From: the human T2T-CHM13v2.0 reference genome, Homo sapiens
Assembly: GCF_009914755.1 (NCBI RefSeq)
Contig: NC_060941.1
Length of the DNA: 64,000 bases
Direction: 5' to 3' (one strand)
Under the pieces are notes generated by a model, which was given only the letters and a program-made list of their open reading frames with translations, had not been told where the DNA came from and ran no database searches. Of the stretch, positions 58,893 to 64,000 are shown one piece after another. Position 1 is the first letter of the stretch; every line of letters begins with the position of its first letter. Both the position numbers and the translations under genes were made by a program.

Positions 58893-59423
58893 TGTAAGAT
58901 ACAATAAATCTTTCTGAGTTTCTCTTCAAAGGGTTTATTTAGCCTGTTAACTTCCTTATCCTTTGTTCTCGAACTCGACTTTCTTGTTCTTCCTTGCCCC
59001 TAGTTACTGTAAACAGCCTACCCGCTTCCCGTCAACTCTAATCAATAACTCACACCTGTTCCCTTGGTTACCTGTACACATTGTTCCCCTGAAACTGCAC
59101 GTCTCACACGCTCCACCTCTGTACCTCACATCCCCCTCCCCTTCTATATTTAGAAAAATATGTACAAGTAGCCTATTGGGTCAGCTCAGATTGTGCAGTC
59201 CGACCCCAGCCCATAGGGGAGTGACACAGAGATAGGGACTGCGTTCAGGATAAAAACCCCCGGTCTCCTTTGTTCTCTGTGCTCTTGCCATCTTGACTGA
59301 TGCAAGGGGCACCCTTCTGCAGAAGTAAATTGCCTTACTGAGAGAATTAAACTTTTGCCTGAGTGCTGGTTTTACTTCACAGCACTGAGCATTTATTTAT
59401 TCCTGGAACATTTTATACCCACA
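58893..59423 (+). mobile_element. Solo ERV1-class LTR (LTR10-like)
   Basis: TG...CA ends with a possible AAAA TSD, TATA-like ggataaaaa ~59248, ATTAAA ~59346. Family assignment is from memory. Confidence 0.6.
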
Positions 59424-59597
59424 AAAAGAAGAAATGCCCAAGCCTGCCCAGGATGTCAGCGTCTACATCTCTAAGGGTCCCTGGCGGTCGGACTTGTCTG
59501 TAACAGCAACTAAAATTGCAGCAATAGGTTGCGTAGGACACAAAACAGGCTCCTACTAAACATCAGCTGAGGAAAACTTGAGGTACACCCCAGTCCT

Positions 59598-60729
<1,132 letters not shown>

Positions 60730-61034
60730 TCTTGACAGGCCCAGACTCTCCCAACAGAGCCTGCTGCAAAACACAAGAAACTAATAAAAGAAAATGGGGA
60801 AAGGGGATGTCTGAATACTGGCATAACTTCTATTCCACTAAGAGATGCTTGAAAAATGAATCACTTTATACAAATGAGTGAAAATCAACCATTCTAGCAC
60901 TTGAGGCTAATAACCTTTTTATTTTTGCCTCTGTCATGTCGTGCAGTCCCTGTTTCTCGTTCCTATTTCTGTGGAGTTTTATTTTTAAAGAAAACCTTAT
61001 TTCCCATTATAAAAATTATGCATCATTTCTATAA

Positions 61035-61313
<279 letters not shown>

Positions 61314-61903
61314 TGATCCACCTGCCTCGGCCTCCCAAAGTGCTGGGATTACAGGCATGAGCCACTCTGCCTGGCCACGTATGTTCTAAACTTTGTGCAT
61401 AGATATTTTGTTCCTATAACACCATCTATGCTATTCTCTACTTTCTTTTTCCTTTAACAATGCCATGGCCATCTCTCCAAATGAGGATTCAGATTGGTCT
61501 CGGCATTCTTACCGCATGAAGCACCATTTTGAGGATGTGCCACAACCACAGTAATCACCCCTTTCATGAAAGTCATTCGGGTTCTCCAATTTTCCACTCT
61601 TGGAAACAGCGTTGCAAGTAATATTGGTATACCGGCACCAAACAGTACATCTATAATGAACACAGCTTGCCAAATTACTCCACAAGGCTCTACCAATTTA
61701 ACCTTCTACCACCAGGTTACCAAACTTCCCCTTTCCACCTCCTTCCCAAAGCTACCCACCACCTCTGTGTCCTCCCCACCCGCAGGAACCACCTGCTACC
61801 TACACATTGCAGGCCTCCCATTTCTCTAGCACCTTCACCTGGCACGCTGGGTGAGCACACAGCACGAAGCCTGCAGGACCTGTTGTGAAGCTAGATGTGC
61901 TGA

Positions 61904-62318
61904 GGCTGCCGGGCTGTGTGTGTGTCGGGTCTGGCGGGCTGCTGGGCTGTGTCAGGTCGAGAGGGCTGCCAGGCTGTGTGTCAGGTCAGGTAGGCTGCTG
62001 GGCTGTGTGTAGGTGGGGCGGGCTGCTGGGCTGTGTGTGTGTGGGGTCGGGAGGGCTGCTGGGCTGTGTGTGTGTCAGGTCGGGAGGGCTGCCGGGCTGT
62101 GTGTCGGGTCAGGTGGGCTGCCGAGCTGTGTGTGGGTCGGGAGGGCTGCTGGGTTGTGTGTGTGTCGGGTCAGGTGGGCTGCTGGGCTGTGTGTGTGTCG
62201 GGTCAGGTGGGCTGCTGGGCTGTGTGGGTCGGGAGGGCTGCTGGGCTGTGTGTGTGTCGGGTCAGGTGGGCTGCTGGGCTGTGTGTGGGTCGGGAGGGTG
62301 GCTGGGCTGTGTGTGTGG
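61904..62318. repeat. Degenerate GT-rich minisatellite (~13 units of ~29-35 bp)
   Basis: ggctgctgggctg(tg)n followed by cgggtcaggtg or ggtcgggag. Confidence 0.9.
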
Positions 62319-62430
62319 AAAGAACAAACCTGGGTGTACAATGGATGCAGGACCTATGTCGGGGAGCAGGGTTGGACAACACTGCCCCCCAAGACTGAAG
62401 GAGCAGGGATCCCCAAGAAGGCTTCCCTGA

Positions 62431-62901
<471 letters not shown>

Positions 62902-63234
62902 TGATCTGCCCACCTTGGCCTCCCAAAGTGCTGGGATTAGAGGCCTGGCCTGCTCTTCATTGTTAAACTGTAAGCTGCCAGACGCAGAGCAGCAGATGAG
63001 TCTGTAAGTGCAGAGCCAAACTGTTTAAATGTGCCATCAAAAAGACAGTGTGGCCCTACTGTATCCATTTCACATTAGGGCCTATCTACTCACATAAGCT
63101 GGAAACGGGAGCACACCACACATGCACATGTGAGAACTCACTGCATGCTAAGCTCAGGGACAGCCTGCCCCAGACACAGCCGAGCTGGCAGACGCACAAG
63201 ACCGGGTATATGTGTGTGATGAGCTAAACCATGA

Positions 63235-63420
<186 letters not shown>

Positions 63421-63666
63421 TGAATTACAGGTATGCGCCACCACGCCTGGCTAACTTTTTGTATTTGTAGTAGAGATGGGGTTTCACCGTGTTGCCCAGG
63501 CTGGTCTCGAACTCCTGAGCTCAGGCAATCTGCTCGCCTCAGCCTCCCAAAGTGCTGGGATTACAGGCGTGAGCCACCGTGCGGGCCGTCAAACTCATTT
63601 TTATAAGAAATGTTGAATTTACTGTAAACACTTCATTAATTAGGAAGCAGTTGTTAATATGCTGTT

Positions 63667-63933
63667 GTGGTGTTATGAGAGAGACACATACAGGTTTTCA
63701 CCCACGGTTCCTGGCTCATAACTCCCAGACCTTGTTACAATCTTTTGTTATAATATTGGGTGTGTTAGGCCCTCAGGAACCAGAATCTCTCTCCTGCCCT
63801 TTCACCTGCTAAGGCAGAACTCAAATCTTCTCCACCTGATTGTGGGTCTGAAGAACCTCCATAGAGAAGCTCCCACCCTGCACACTAGGAGAAGCAATGC
63901 AGATACTATAAAGCTTCCTTAAAAATCCAAGAG
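63667..63933 (+). mobile_element. Second MER21-like LTR 5' part
   Basis: tgtggtgtta...ggttttcaccc...taactccca...tcttttgtta.aatattgg aligns to the reverse complement of ~60600-60729. Confidence 0.6.
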
Positions 63934-64000
63934 GTGGCCGGGGTGCGGTGGCTCATGCCTGTAATCCCAGCACTTTGGGAGGACAAGGTGGGCGGATCAC

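Overview
Human (primate) genomic DNA, recognisable from the spliced proteins as the FOXK2/WDR45B locus (17q25.3). The + strand carries the last four coding exons of FOXK2 (exons 6-9) and its ~3.1 kb 3'UTR. The - strand carries WDR45B/WIPI3 exons 3-10, converging tail-to-tail about 10 kb away. The window is very Alu-rich, with old L1, LTR and DNA-transposon fragments. The standout feature is a ~5.7 kb, ~117-copy 48/49-bp minisatellite (2869-8540) whose unit is a copy of the FOXK2 exon 7/intron 7 junction. The 5' splice site is therefore reiterated about 117 times, about 28 of them as exact AAG|GTAGGC. The first duplicate donor is in frame and would add 16 aa next to the VKVE SUMO motif. A second tandem repeat supplies the likely branch point of the last FOXK2 exon, and intron 8 contains a stop-containing alternative exon. 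Most ORFs in the supplied track are repeat or Alu artefacts. Coordinates and counts were read by eye. Exon numbers and repeat subfamily names come from memory, not database searches.
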